64,000 bases of DNA from positions 95,163 through 159,162 of the forward strand of contig JBBFKW010000011.1 of assembly GCA_037481835.1 (NCBI GenBank), read 5' to 3'. The notes beneath the pieces were generated by a model. The model saw nothing but the letters and a program-made list of their open reading frames with translations. It searched no databases and was not told the DNA's origin. Source of the stretch: Desulfosoma sp. (lineage in GTDB: Bacteria > Desulfobacterota > Syntrophobacteria > Syntrophobacterales > DSM-9756). Both the position numbers and the translations under genes were made by a program. Position 1 is the stretch's first letter. Every line of letters begins with the position of its first letter. Shown here piece by piece: positions 8,962 to 18,410 of this stretch.

Positions 8962-9888
8962 TCACGGGAGTCCCTGAAGATACGCCCTGTCTTCCGGCGA
9001 GAGCGTTCCTGTATCCGAGCATTCCCAGATAATATCCTGAACTTTGGCTTGCGCTTCAAAACTGAGTTTTTTCCCGAAAGTGAGTTCAACAATTTCATAG
9101 AGGCATGACAAGCCGGTGATGGCTCCCGGCGTATACTGATTTTCGCTCCCTGGGGCCGATAAGTGTGCCGCGAGGCAATAAGTCGGGACACAGAAAGTCG
9201 AAAGGCCGGGTTGCAGCTTATAAGGAGGGACGTGAAGTACCATCATCGGCTGGTAGCTGCTGTCTTGCGGGTAAAAAACCATACCCGGCGGAAGCATAAA
9301 TTCCATGGCTTCCGAAGATTCATTAATGAAGGTCACAGAAACTTGAAAAGTCGCGCCTATGGTGGGGGGAAGGCATCCATAAATGCATTGGGCGTTGTCG
9401 CCACAGTTTTGCATACATTGGATCATCTGTTGAATCGTTGCGGGATCGAGGCTGCTGAGATCATAACAACTCTCGTCTCCCCCCGCGACGCTTTGAATGC
9501 GTGCGGGAAGGGCCTGCAGCCGGGTGAGTTTCCAATAAGCACCGGAAGGATCTTGAGGGTTTGGGGTATAGGTCAGGTCCAAATCGAAAGGTTGGCCTCT
9601 GTACATGACCACGGCGTTAAGAATGTTCAGAGAGGCGTCCAGGACGCCGCCTTGAGGTCCCGCGACGGGTGTGGGTCCCGCCCAGGTGAGCTTCCAATAG
9701 GCCCCTGAAGGATCCTGGGGCAAAGTGACGAAATCAAAAAGGCCTCGATAGCGCTCGGATCCGACCGTCACGTAGGGAAGGGTCAGTTTCAGGGCGTCGT
9801 CGGCCGTGCCGCCGGCTCCGTAACCCGGCGCCGGTATTCCCGCCATCAGGACCATGGCGAGAATCACCCAAGAAGCTTTGCGAATCAT
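8962..9888 (-). CDS. Secreted protein with two 54-aa-spaced repeats and a thioester-domain-like C-terminus
   Basis: Signal peptide, GGAG RBS, PQDPSGAYWKLT twice, YQPMM..TYCL..VQDIIW. Confidence 0.8.
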   Translation of the reverse strand: MIRKASWVILAMVLMAGIPAPGYGAGGTADDALKLTLPYVTVGSERYRGLFDFVTLPQDPSGAYWKLTWAGPTPVAGPQGGVLDASLNILNAVVMYRGQPFDLDLTYTPNPQDPSGAYWKLTRLQALPARIQSVAGGDESCYDLSSLDPATIQQMIQCMQNCGDNAQCIYGCLPPTIGATFQVSVTFINESSEAMEFMLPPGMVFYPQDSSYQPMMVLHVPPYKLQPGLSTFCVPTYCLAAHLSAPGSENQYTPGAITGLSCLYEIVELTFGKKLSFEAQAKVQDIIWECSDTGTLSPEDRAYLQGLP

Positions 9889-9918
9889 GGCCTTTCTCCT
9901 TTTTGTGGTGAGGTTTTT

Positions 9919-10908
9919 TTAAAGGAGCTCCTTGATGGCTTCCAACACGGGATTCACATCCTTGGATTTCGGCAATTCCAGCGGCTTGATGCTGCCCAAT
10001 GCGGTTCGAACGCAGTCGTATTGTTCCCAGCCCTTGAGTTCATAGGTAAGATCCACGTTCTTCCATTTGGGATGTCCGTGCTGGCGCAACCAGTCTTGGT
10101 TTTCATAGAGAATCTTGGCAAACTGCCCCACTTCGCCGCATTGTCGGAACCGGTAATCGTAAGTGATGAGCACGGCCTTGACGGCGGCCGTGGGAACTTC
10201 CTCCTTTTGCCAGTCGTACGTCCCTGCAGGAATGACGGCCTGAGGGTAAAATTCCGTCACGTTCTTATTGGTAATGGGGATCAGCTTGAGCTTGTCCTCG
10301 GCTTTGACGTTCTCTTTGAAAAGTTTCACAGGATAACCGGCCACGTAGAACATGGCGTCCAGCGTGCCGGCTTTGATGCGTTCCAGCGCTTCCTCGGTGC
10401 CCACCGGGGCCAATTCCGCAGGTTTGACTTTAGAGATTTCAAAAAGAAGCTTGGCTGTAAGATAGGTTCCGCTGCCTTCCTTGTCGATGGCGACCCGCTT
10501 GCCCTCCAAGTCATCGAAGTCGTTGATGTCGTTTCGTCCCACCAAATGGATTTCCTCGTTGTACAGAGGAAACACCATTTTGATTTTCTGGGCGATGCGT
10601 TTAAGAGCCGGGTTTGTCTGGACCTTGGCCACGAAGGCCAAGACATCCGATTGGACGATCCCGAGCTGAACGCCGGGCCGTTTAAAGACCGCGTAGACGT
10701 TTTCAACCGACCCTGTGGAATTGAAGACCTCCAAGTCATAGCCCCGCGCTTTCATGAGTTCCTGCAGGTTCAGCCCGAACTGATAGTAGGTTCCCTTGGG
10801 CCCTCCGGTGACGATGCCCAACTTTATGGCAACCGCGGGGGACGCCGCGAAAACGACGACAAGGGCCGCACCCAACGCCCACAGGATCAGCCGACGAGTG
10901 CACCGCAT
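9919..10908 (-). CDS. TAXI-family TRAP solute-binding protein
   Basis: IVTGGPKGTYYQFG, STGSVEN, GIVQSD, LYNEEIHLV, GSGT; ATG 10908 with AAGGAGG. Confidence 0.88.
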   Translation of the reverse strand: MRCTRRLILWALGAALVVVFAASPAVAIKLGIVTGGPKGTYYQFGLNLQELMKARGYDLEVFNSTGSVENVYAVFKRPGVQLGIVQSDVLAFVAKVQTNPALKRIAQKIKMVFPLYNEEIHLVGRNDINDFDDLEGKRVAIDKEGSGTYLTAKLLFEISKVKPAELAPVGTEEALERIKAGTLDAMFYVAGYPVKLFKENVKAEDKLKLIPITNKNVTEFYPQAVIPAGTYDWQKEEVPTAAVKAVLITYDYRFRQCGEVGQFAKILYENQDWLRQHGHPKWKNVDLTYELKGWEQYDCVRTALGSIKPLELPKSKDVNPVLEAIKELL

Positions 10909-11128
10909 GGAGGCCTCCTTTTTCGTTCGGTGGATGAAAAGAGTCCGACTTGTCGGAACCCCTTCGGCCGAATGCCAAAGCCGGGGATTTATTGCGAGCA
11001 ATCCTCCCGTTTCCGGGATGGCGTTCAAACCGGCATTGCTTTGGAAAACCTCTACCAAAGCTTTACCGAGGGGGCAACAAGAGATTCACGAGGAGGGATG
11101 GGGCCGGCTCTGGTTCGCGACGCCCCAA

Positions 11129-12835
11129 TCAAAAAAGGTCGCTATCCGCCCTGGTGAAAAAGAAGCGGTGCATGTCCCCTGTATCCAAGGGCCTTTGGAA
11201 AGGAACGTAAACAAACCATAGGCCTTGGGGTTCCGGCTGGTGTTGAAACCCGATGGTGCGGAGCTCTCCGGTGAGCCACTCCGGGGCCTTTGAAAGCCAT
11301 AGGCTCAACGTGTGCACACCCAAGGCGCGTCCCAGCCATTGAAACCCTCGTGCCAACGCCTGGGGATGGGCGGGGTCCACAAAAAAGTCTCCCACCACGG
11401 CGCCGTTGGATTTTTTCTCGGCGACCATGTAGGCCGCCAGGCCCCCGAACCGGCGACGGACTTCGACCTTTACGTAGTTCCTGTCCGGATCAGCAAAGCG
11501 CCAGTTCAGGTAAGGGCTTTTCCGGACCACGAGAAAGCGCCCATAGGCGCGCTTTGCCCTTTCATAGAGGGCGTCGTGGTCCGGGCCGAACTTTTCAAAG
11601 CTGCGGCAGGAGTAACGCAGCATGGACGCCTTCGAGACCGCCAGGGCGTCGACGGCCGCGGTGTATTCGTCCACGGGGTAGACCGGCCGGTAGCCGAGGA
11701 AGAGTTTTCCCATCTTTTGAATGTTGCCCGTGTTGAAGCCATATACGAAGGGCACCTGATGGTCGCAGTAGCGCGCAAAGAAATAAAGAGCCGTTCGCAC
11801 CAAAACGGAGGTTTTCCCGAAGCCCACATGGCGGACCCCCGGGTGGGTCATGGTGTCCCCGACCTGAAGGACCGCGGCGGGTGTTGCATCGGATTCGATG
11901 TCCTCCACGGGAACGAAGTAGCCGGAAAAATTAGCGACGATACGATCCTCGCCGTCCCGGCATACGGCCACGGCGTCCCGGCCGAAAGGGCACTCTCGAT
12001 ATTTCCAGCGCCAATGTTCGATGGAGCGCGGCACTGAAAAAATCCGGCAAAAAAGGTCCACCAATGCCGGATCGTCTTCCTGGGGACAAGGCCGGATGCA
12101 ATAGGCGTCTTTTTCGGCTTCTATTATTTCGTATCCCCAGGCTCCGCTTTCATGCATCCGTTTTTGCTTGTGCCATCCGGCCGCCAGGCGGTCACGGTCT
12201 TCGCCGGGCGGCAGGTCGCTGAGCCGCTCGAGAACGGCGGCGCATGTGGGGGCCGTCCGGGGTCCGATGGCCTTGTTGTGGCGAATCTTGAAGCCGGCTT
12301 CAGCCAAGCTGATCGTGTAGGCGCGCTTGGGTTTGACGGCGGTTTCCCGTGCGCTGTCTTCTTCGTAGATCATTTCATCGCACAAAAGAATCCGGCCGTT
12401 GGACCGGAGCAACTCCCGGCAGGCGTTGAAGAGGTCCGAGAGCGAAGGAAAATACTGGGTAGATTCGAAAAACACGATCCAATCGTAGGAACCGGGTTTC
12501 CACCAGGAAGGATGCCTTCCTTCAAACGGTTCGCAAAGGAACGTCACTTTGGGGTGCGCACAGTGCGTTTCCGCGTATCGGATCATGGGGGGCTCGGGAG
12601 CCAGCGCCGTGACCCGATGGCCTCTGAGGGCCAGTTGCTGGGCGAAGTGCCCGAAACCGCACCCCACGTCCAGAACGGACAGGGATTCTCCCTGAATGCG
12701 CTCCAGCATGAGCGCGGTCAGATTGTTCTGGGCGTCTTCCAGGGACGCGGTGTCATCGTCCCAATAGCCGAAATGGAGGTCATGGCCCTTGACGATGCGA
12801 CGGTAGACGGAAAAAGGAAAGGACAGCTCTTCCAT
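11129..12835 (-). CDS. Class I SAM methyltransferase fused to GNAT acetyltransferase-like domains
   Basis: LHFGYW, VLDVGCGFG; C-half HWRWKY..P, GDTMTHP..R, VYGFN, YLNWRF. Confidence 0.8.
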   Translation of the reverse strand: MEELSFPFSVYRRIVKGHDLHFGYWDDDTASLEDAQNNLTALMLERIQGESLSVLDVGCGFGHFAQQLALRGHRVTALAPEPPMIRYAETHCAHPKVTFLCEPFEGRHPSWWKPGSYDWIVFFESTQYFPSLSDLFNACRELLRSNGRILLCDEMIYEEDSARETAVKPKRAYTISLAEAGFKIRHNKAIGPRTAPTCAAVLERLSDLPPGEDRDRLAAGWHKQKRMHESGAWGYEIIEAEKDAYCIRPCPQEDDPALVDLFCRIFSVPRSIEHWRWKYRECPFGRDAVAVCRDGEDRIVANFSGYFVPVEDIESDATPAAVLQVGDTMTHPGVRHVGFGKTSVLVRTALYFFARYCDHQVPFVYGFNTGNIQKMGKLFLGYRPVYPVDEYTAAVDALAVSKASMLRYSCRSFEKFGPDHDALYERAKRAYGRFLVVRKSPYLNWRFADPDRNYVKVEVRRRFGGLAAYMVAEKKSNGAVVGDFFVDPAHPQALARGFQWLGRALGVHTLSLWLSKAPEWLTGELRTIGFQHQPEPQGLWFVYVPFQRPLDTGDMHRFFFTRADSDLF

Positions 12836-12867
12836 GGAAAGACGGCGGCTCCTTCAATTCCTTGCCT

Positions 12868-14052
12868 TTAGGGCTGTGTGGATTCGACGACAAATGAGAA
12901 TCGGATCCTCCTGGAACCTATGGAGGCGTTCACAGAGCCGATTCTTCCGAAATATCGGCCGGGGCTCAATCGCTCGAAACAGTCCTCGGGAAATTCCGCA
13001 ACCCTTCCGGTTCCAAAAGCGGCCGCCGCCGGGATGAAATTGGCGTTGGGGCTCCACTCGAAAAGCCACGGCCGCGTGATCTCAGGCGGAACGAAAATCC
13101 GGAAGGGTTTACAATACCTAGGCATCGTTTCCCCCGGATCAGCCTCAGCCATGTCCCGATGCCGAACCTGCGGCACGTGCCGAACGAACAATTCATACCA
13201 TGGAAAGTGTTTCCTCAAAAAGATCTTGTGGGAATCGGCCATGAGCCGCCTCTTGATGTGTACGCCTTCCAGACCGCAGCGGTCGAATTCGTGAACGACC
13301 GCCGCTTTCGGGCACACAACCAAGCGCCATCCCCTTTCCCGCATGCGGACAAACAGGTCCGTATCTTCAAAGTAGAGGAAAAACCGGGGGTCAAAGAGCC
13401 CTCCGACATCGCGGACGGCTTCGGCACGCAGAAGCACCGAACCGCCCGAGAGGTTTTTCACGGGAAAGGGGGTCATCGTTGCCCATGCGCGCACTGCCTG
13501 TCGGCGCCACAACTCGCCTGCCGCCCGCAGGAACGGCGCGGCACGAAAACCCAACCTGTCGGCCACAGAGAGCATCAAAATCCAGTTTGGGGGAACAGAA
13601 GGGGGCAAAAGGAATCGGCACAGGGGATCCCAGTAAATCTTGGGCCCGACGGCCCCAATGCGCCCGTCGGCGTTGAGAACGTCGAGCATGTTCTCAAGAC
13701 AACGGCCTAGCAGGTAGGCGTCGGGATTGAGGAGCAGCAGAGCGTCCCCCGGGCATTTTTTCCAAGCCATGGTGCAGGCTTGTCCGAAACCCAGATTGTG
13801 CGGGGCCACGATCAATCGGACCGGTTTGGGAAGATCGCGTTCCAAGACGGCCGCTTCTTGCGGACTTTCACTGTTGTCCACGACCACGACGGTTACCGAT
13901 GCGGGGCAAGGGGAAGCCAAAATCGAAGCCACCGCTCGAAGGGTCAGCGTCGCACTGAAATAGTTGACCACGATCGCGACGACTCGGCGGATGGGAGCAG
14001 CCGATCTTGGGGACGGAAGCCGCCCTGGGCTGAGAGGATACCAAAGAGGCAT
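12868..14052 (-). CDS. GT2 glycosyltransferase
   Basis: AIVVNY, VVDNS, NLGFG, LLNPD, FDPRFFLYFEDTDL. Confidence 0.9.
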   Translation of the reverse strand: MPLWYPLSPGRLPSPRSAAPIRRVVAIVVNYFSATLTLRAVASILASPCPASVTVVVVDNSESPQEAAVLERDLPKPVRLIVAPHNLGFGQACTMAWKKCPGDALLLLNPDAYLLGRCLENMLDVLNADGRIGAVGPKIYWDPLCRFLLPPSVPPNWILMLSVADRLGFRAAPFLRAAGELWRRQAVRAWATMTPFPVKNLSGGSVLLRAEAVRDVGGLFDPRFFLYFEDTDLFVRMRERGWRLVVCPKAAVVHEFDRCGLEGVHIKRRLMADSHKIFLRKHFPWYELFVRHVPQVRHRDMAEADPGETMPRYCKPFRIFVPPEITRPWLFEWSPNANFIPAAAAFGTGRVAEFPEDCFERLSPGRYFGRIGSVNASIGSRRIRFSFVVESTQP

Positions 14053-14261
14053 GGAAAGGCTATTCTCCTTGCATAGAATGTCGCCTTTCCGCTAGCAGCT
14101 CTCGGGGTCGGTGTCAAAACCGTTTTGGCAGGGTTTCGTTCAGAAAGACTTCCAAAAACGACGGGACTTGACCGCATTCCGGTCTTGTATGCTATGCTGC
14201 GCGCGAGAAAAAACAAAGAGGCGGGCATGGCGCCGTCGCCCATCATGGAGCGTTCAAGAGC

Positions 14262-15890
14262 ATGATCCAGACCCTGAGAACCTTGTGGGAAAGAGTGCGG
14301 CCGGTTTCCGAGGGCCCTCTTACGCTTACGGCGGCCCAAGGACCGAACGGGGCCAAGTTGGAAAAGATGCCGGTCTTTCCCGTGCTGGAGGAAACGGATT
14401 TCCCCGATGCGCCTCCACGCTACAATCCCCTGCCCGTCTCGTACCTCAAGCGGTTCAAGGTCTTGCCCGTGGAAGAGACCGATCACGGCGTCACGGTGGT
14501 CATGGTGGATCCTTTGGACCTGGCGACCCAGGAAGTGGTTCGAAAAGCGTACGGCAAGCCGCTGAAAATCTACCGGGCGTCCGCCGAAGCCATCGCCCAG
14601 TTCATATACCAGTGGTACGAAGCGGACAGCGCGCTCCAAGACACCGAAGGAGAACTGGAAGAGAGCGCGGATTTGGATGCCCACCTGTGGGACAACCCCG
14701 AGCATCTTCGGGATATGGCCTCCGAGGCGCCCATCGTCCGTCTGGTCAATCACTTGATTTCCCGGGCCGTGGACGTGGGCGCGTCGGACATCCACATCGA
14801 GCCGCTGAAAAAGCTGGTCAAGGTGCGCTACCGCATCGACGGCGTCCTCCATGATCAGGAGGACATCCCCAAGAAATTCCAGGCGGCCATCGCCTCTCGG
14901 ATCAAGCTCATGGCCCGCATGAACATCGCCGAAATGCGCCTCCCCCAGGACGGTCGCATCAAGTTCAAAATGGCCAAGAAGGAAATCGACATTCGCGTCT
15001 CCAGTCTTCCCACGGTTTTCGGCGAGAGTCTGGTGTTGCGCCTCTTGCAAAAGGAAGACATCCTCCTGGATCTCGACATCCTCGGCTTTCCCAAGGATCT
15101 CCTCGGCCGATTCAAGCAGATCATTTCCCTCCCTTACGGCATCCTTCTCGTCACGGGGCCTACCGGGTCGGGGAAGACGACGACCCTCTACGCCGCCATC
15201 AATGAAATCAACAGCCCGGACCGCAAGATCGTCACCGTGGAAGACCCCGTAGAATACCAGCTCGACGGGGTCAACCAGGTGCAGGTGCAGCCGAAGATCG
15301 GGCTGACTTTTGCTCATTGTCTTCGCTCCTTCCTTCGGCAAGACCCGGACGTGATGCTCGTCGGGGAAATCCGAGATCTGGAAACGGCCGAAATCGCCAT
15401 CCAGGCGGCCCTGACCGGCCACATGGTTTTTTCGACCCTGCACACCAACGATGCCGCCGGAGCCATCACCCGGCTGGAAGACATGGGTGTGGAACCCTTC
15501 ATGATCACCTCCGCCGTCGTGGCCGTGCTCGCCCAAAGGCTGGTCCGCAAAGTGTGTTCGGCGTGTATGGACGAAATCGTCCTGAGCGAGGAAGAACGGC
15601 GCATCCTGGCCCAGGAGTTTTCCGTCTCTCCAGAGGCCGTGCCGGCCTCTTACCGGAAAGGGCGAGGGTGCGACCAATGCGGCGGGACGGGATACCGCGG
15701 TCGTATCGGCCTTTTCGAATTCCTGCCGGTGGACGAACCGATCCAGCGCGAAATCCTCAAAGGCTCCGACCGCAACGCCATCGTCGCCAAGGCGGTGGAA
15801 TTGGGCATGCGGACCCTGCGCCGTGACGGTCTGGAAAAGGTGGTGGACGGGATCACCACCTTTGAAGAAGTCATTCGGGTGACACGGTAA
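14262..15890 (+). CDS. gspE: Type II secretion ATPase GspE
   Basis: ASDIHIEP, RLPQDGRI, TGPTGSGKTTTLY, EDPVEY, LRQDPD, TGHMVFSTLHTN, CxxC..CxxC, GYRGRIG. Confidence 0.95.
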   Translation: MIQTLRTLWERVRPVSEGPLTLTAAQGPNGAKLEKMPVFPVLEETDFPDAPPRYNPLPVSYLKRFKVLPVEETDHGVTVVMVDPLDLATQEVVRKAYGKPLKIYRASAEAIAQFIYQWYEADSALQDTEGELEESADLDAHLWDNPEHLRDMASEAPIVRLVNHLISRAVDVGASDIHIEPLKKLVKVRYRIDGVLHDQEDIPKKFQAAIASRIKLMARMNIAEMRLPQDGRIKFKMAKKEIDIRVSSLPTVFGESLVLRLLQKEDILLDLDILGFPKDLLGRFKQIISLPYGILLVTGPTGSGKTTTLYAAINEINSPDRKIVTVEDPVEYQLDGVNQVQVQPKIGLTFAHCLRSFLRQDPDVMLVGEIRDLETAEIAIQAALTGHMVFSTLHTNDAAGAITRLEDMGVEPFMITSAVVAVLAQRLVRKVCSACMDEIVLSEEERRILAQEFSVSPEAVPASYRKGRGCDQCGGTGYRGRIGLFEFLPVDEPIQREILKGSDRNAIVAKAVELGMRTLRRDGLEKVVDGITTFEEVIRVTR

Positions 15891-17098
15891 TGCCTCGATT
15901 TTTCTACGAAGGCGTGGACCTTCAGGGCCGCAGGGTGCGAGGGGCTGAAGAGGCGCCCGACCGCGAGAGTTTGCTCGTGACCCTGAGCGGCAAGGGCGTC
16001 CATGTCCTGCGCTGGTCCGAAACCCCCTTGGGCCGGCAACGCCTGTCCTTTTTCCAAAAGGGGCGCCTTACGGCGAAACAGCGGCTGGAATTCATCGCCG
16101 AACTGGCGCACTTGGTTCGCTCGGGCGTCCCCCTGGACCGATGCCTCCAGATTTTGGCCGATTCCACCACCACGGAGCGCGTCCGCCAACTGGCCGCCAC
16201 CCTGCGCGACGGCCTACGAGAAGGCCAGAGTCTTTCCGAGGCCATGGCTCAGAAAGCGCCTGAATTCGGTGAACTTACCGTGAGTATGATTCGGGTCGGA
16301 GAAGCGGGCGGGGTCTTGGACGATTCCTTGGAAAAGCTCGCCGGGTTCATGGCGAGGACGGAAGAGATCAAGCGCTTTATCGTCTCTTCGTCCATTTATC
16401 CCATCGTGCTGCTTTTCGTTGGGATCGCCTCCGTGGCTTCCATTTTGGGTTTCGTCATTCCCAAGTTCGCCGCCATCCTGGAAGACCTGGGGCCCAACAT
16501 CCCGGCGGCCACGCGAGCCCTCATCGTGGTGAGCGCCGTCTTTCGCGGTTTCTGGTGGCTGTTCGCCCTGCTGATCCTCGTTTTCGGGGCGGCGATCGTC
16601 GCCTATGCCCGTAAGCCTAAAAACCGCGATCGACTCCATGCCCTCTTGTTGAAAATCCCCTTCTTGGGGCCTCTCATGCTGGAAGTGGAACTCGCCCGCA
16701 TGACACGCACTCTGGGCACGCTTTTGCAAAGCGGGGTGCCTCTTCTCAAGTCGTTGTCCATCGCCCGGGCCGTGGCCCGCAACGTGGTCGTCAAGGAAGC
16801 GCTCCAGGAGATTTATGAAAGGGTCCAGCAGGGGATGGCCATGAGCGCCCTCATGCGCCAGTCGCCCGTTTTCCCGGCCATGGTGGTGCACATGACGGCC
16901 ATCGGGGAAGAGACCGGGGAACTGGGCCGAATCCTGGGTGCCGTAGCCGACAACTTGGAAAAGGAGATCCAGAGCAAGACGAAAGCGGCGCTGGCCCTCT
17001 TGGAACCCGTGGTCATCGTGGGCATGGGGATTCTCATCGGCGGCATGGTCATTTCCATGCTCTTGGCCATTTTCGGAATCCATGAAATCTCCTTTTGA
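15890..17098 (+). CDS. gspF: T2SS inner membrane platform protein GspF
   Basis: SGVPLD, VGEAGG, YPIVL, SGVPLL, IGEETGEL, LLEP; coupled to gspE. Confidence 0.93.
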   Translation: MPRFFYEGVDLQGRRVRGAEEAPDRESLLVTLSGKGVHVLRWSETPLGRQRLSFFQKGRLTAKQRLEFIAELAHLVRSGVPLDRCLQILADSTTTERVRQLAATLRDGLREGQSLSEAMAQKAPEFGELTVSMIRVGEAGGVLDDSLEKLAGFMARTEEIKRFIVSSSIYPIVLLFVGIASVASILGFVIPKFAAILEDLGPNIPAATRALIVVSAVFRGFWWLFALLILVFGAAIVAYARKPKNRDRLHALLLKIPFLGPLMLEVELARMTRTLGTLLQSGVPLLKSLSIARAVARNVVVKEALQEIYERVQQGMAMSALMRQSPVFPAMVVHMTAIGEETGELGRILGAVADNLEKEIQSKTKAALALLEPVVIVGMGILIGGMVISMLLAIFGIHEISF

Positions 17099-17540
17099 GC
17101 GCTTCGGGTTTACCTTGGTCGAGCTCCTCGTGGTGATGGCCATCATGGCCGTCTCGCTCGCCCTGATTTTTGCCACCGTGGGAAGCGGGCTGGGCAGGAA
17201 GCAGGACCGCCGCTTTGCCGTGGAGCTGGGCGGACTCTTGAGAAAAGCGAGGAACCAGGCCATGGCGGGCGGCGTTCCCGTGGCCGTCGTATTTTCCGAA
17301 GAAAGCCGCCGGTGCTGGATCGCCGAACCCGGGGAAGGGTTCGTGGATATTCCCGCCGAGTTGGAAATCCAGGCGCTGGGACTGCTCCGCGCGGAGAACG
17401 TCCTTTACCTCGTCTTCTACCCGGACGGAGCTTCCAGCGGTGCGGAACTGGAGGTCGTCCGAAGGGGGGCGGTTTTGAGCCGCATTCGGGTGGATCCTTT
17501 GACGGGGCTGGCTCTGGCTGTCGTCGGAGAGGGCGGCTAG
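17082..17540 (+). CDS. gspH: Minor pseudopilin GspH/FimT-like
   Basis: G|FTLVELLVV, ARNQA, FYPDGASSG, VDPLTG. Confidence 0.85.
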   Translation: MKSPFERFGFTLVELLVVMAIMAVSLALIFATVGSGLGRKQDRRFAVELGGLLRKARNQAMAGGVPVAVVFSEESRRCWIAEPGEGFVDIPAELEIQALGLLRAENVLYLVFYPDGASSGAELEVVRRGAVLSRIRVDPLTGLALAVVGEGG

Positions 17541-17580
17541 GAGCTCGTCCGATCATGATGCGTCGTCGCTCCGGAGCCGA

Positions 17581-17907
17581 ATGCACGTTGGGGTTCGCTT
17601 CGCTCACCCCAACCTACGAATCTGTTCAAGGATATCGGCCGACGAGATGGAGGCTTCTATGAAAGTCGCGCTCAGAGTGTGAAAAGCCCTGACTTTCATC
17701 GTTCGTTGTCTCGCCGGGGCAAGATGCACGTTGGGGTTCGCTTCGCTCACCCCAACCTACGAATCTGTTCAAGGATGTCGGCCGACGAGATGGAGGCTTA
17801 TGTGAAAATCGCGCTCAAAGTGTGAAAAGCCCGGACTTTCATCGTTCGTTGTCTCGCCGGGGCACGATGTTGAGACGTAGGTTGGGGTGAGCGAAGCGAA
17901 CCCCAAC
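17581..17907. repeat. BIME/REPIN-like mosaic: two 143-bp tandem units, each with an inverted REP, then a forward REP
   Basis: REPs at 17587-17617, 17730-17760, 17877-17907; units 17581-17723 and 17724-17866 nearly identical. Confidence 0.88.
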
Positions 17908-17924
17908 ACCAACCACTTCATGGG

Positions 17925-18410
17925 ATGAACGGCGTGTGGGGAACAAATCGGAGGCGCACGGGGCGCCCGGTTGGGCTGAGGCCTGGAAGCTGGACTGGGA
18001 ATTTGCGGCCCTCGCAGGCCGCACGGGGTTTTACCCTGCTCGAGGTCTTGATCGCTCTCACGGTCATGGGCATTACCGTGGCGGTCCTCTTTTACGGATT
18101 TTCCCAATCGGCGCGGCTGCAAATGAAGGCCCACGAGGTCATGGAAGCCTCCCGGGTGGCCCGCCTCGTTTTGGCCGACCGCGCCCTTCTTTCGGAGGCC
18201 ACGGCGAGAGGGCGCCTGAACGGCCCGGTGGATGGGGAGCCCGGGTGGTTTTACTCCCTGGAAGCGCGCCCGCTGGTGGTGCCCCTGGACAAGCGGGCGG
18301 AAGCCTACGAAGACCCCAACATGGTGGAACTGACCCTGTGCGTGTATTCCGAGGAATCGGGCCGAAGCGGATCGCGATGCCTTGTGGGCTGGGTCGAAAG
18401 GAAGGGATGA
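17925..18410 (+). CDS. gspI: Minor pseudopilin GspI-like
   Basis: G|FTLLEVLIALTV prepilin motif; position in operon; start uncertain (17925 or TTG 18003). Confidence 0.8.
   Translation: MNGVWGTNRRRTGRPVGLRPGSWTGNLRPSQAARGFTLLEVLIALTVMGITVAVLFYGFSQSARLQMKAHEVMEASRVARLVLADRALLSEATARGRLNGPVDGEPGWFYSLEARPLVVPLDKRAEAYEDPNMVELTLCVYSEESGRSGSRCLVGWVERKG

Noticed and set aside
17082..17540. First prepilin after gspF as GspG
   Set aside because: Lacks GspG hallmarks (YP..GL..L, DPWG..Y) and carries GspH-type FYPDG.SSG
17581..17907. CRISPR array (31-bp repeats)
   Set aside because: Spacers are about 112 bp and nearly identical, the third repeat is inverted, and there are no cas genes
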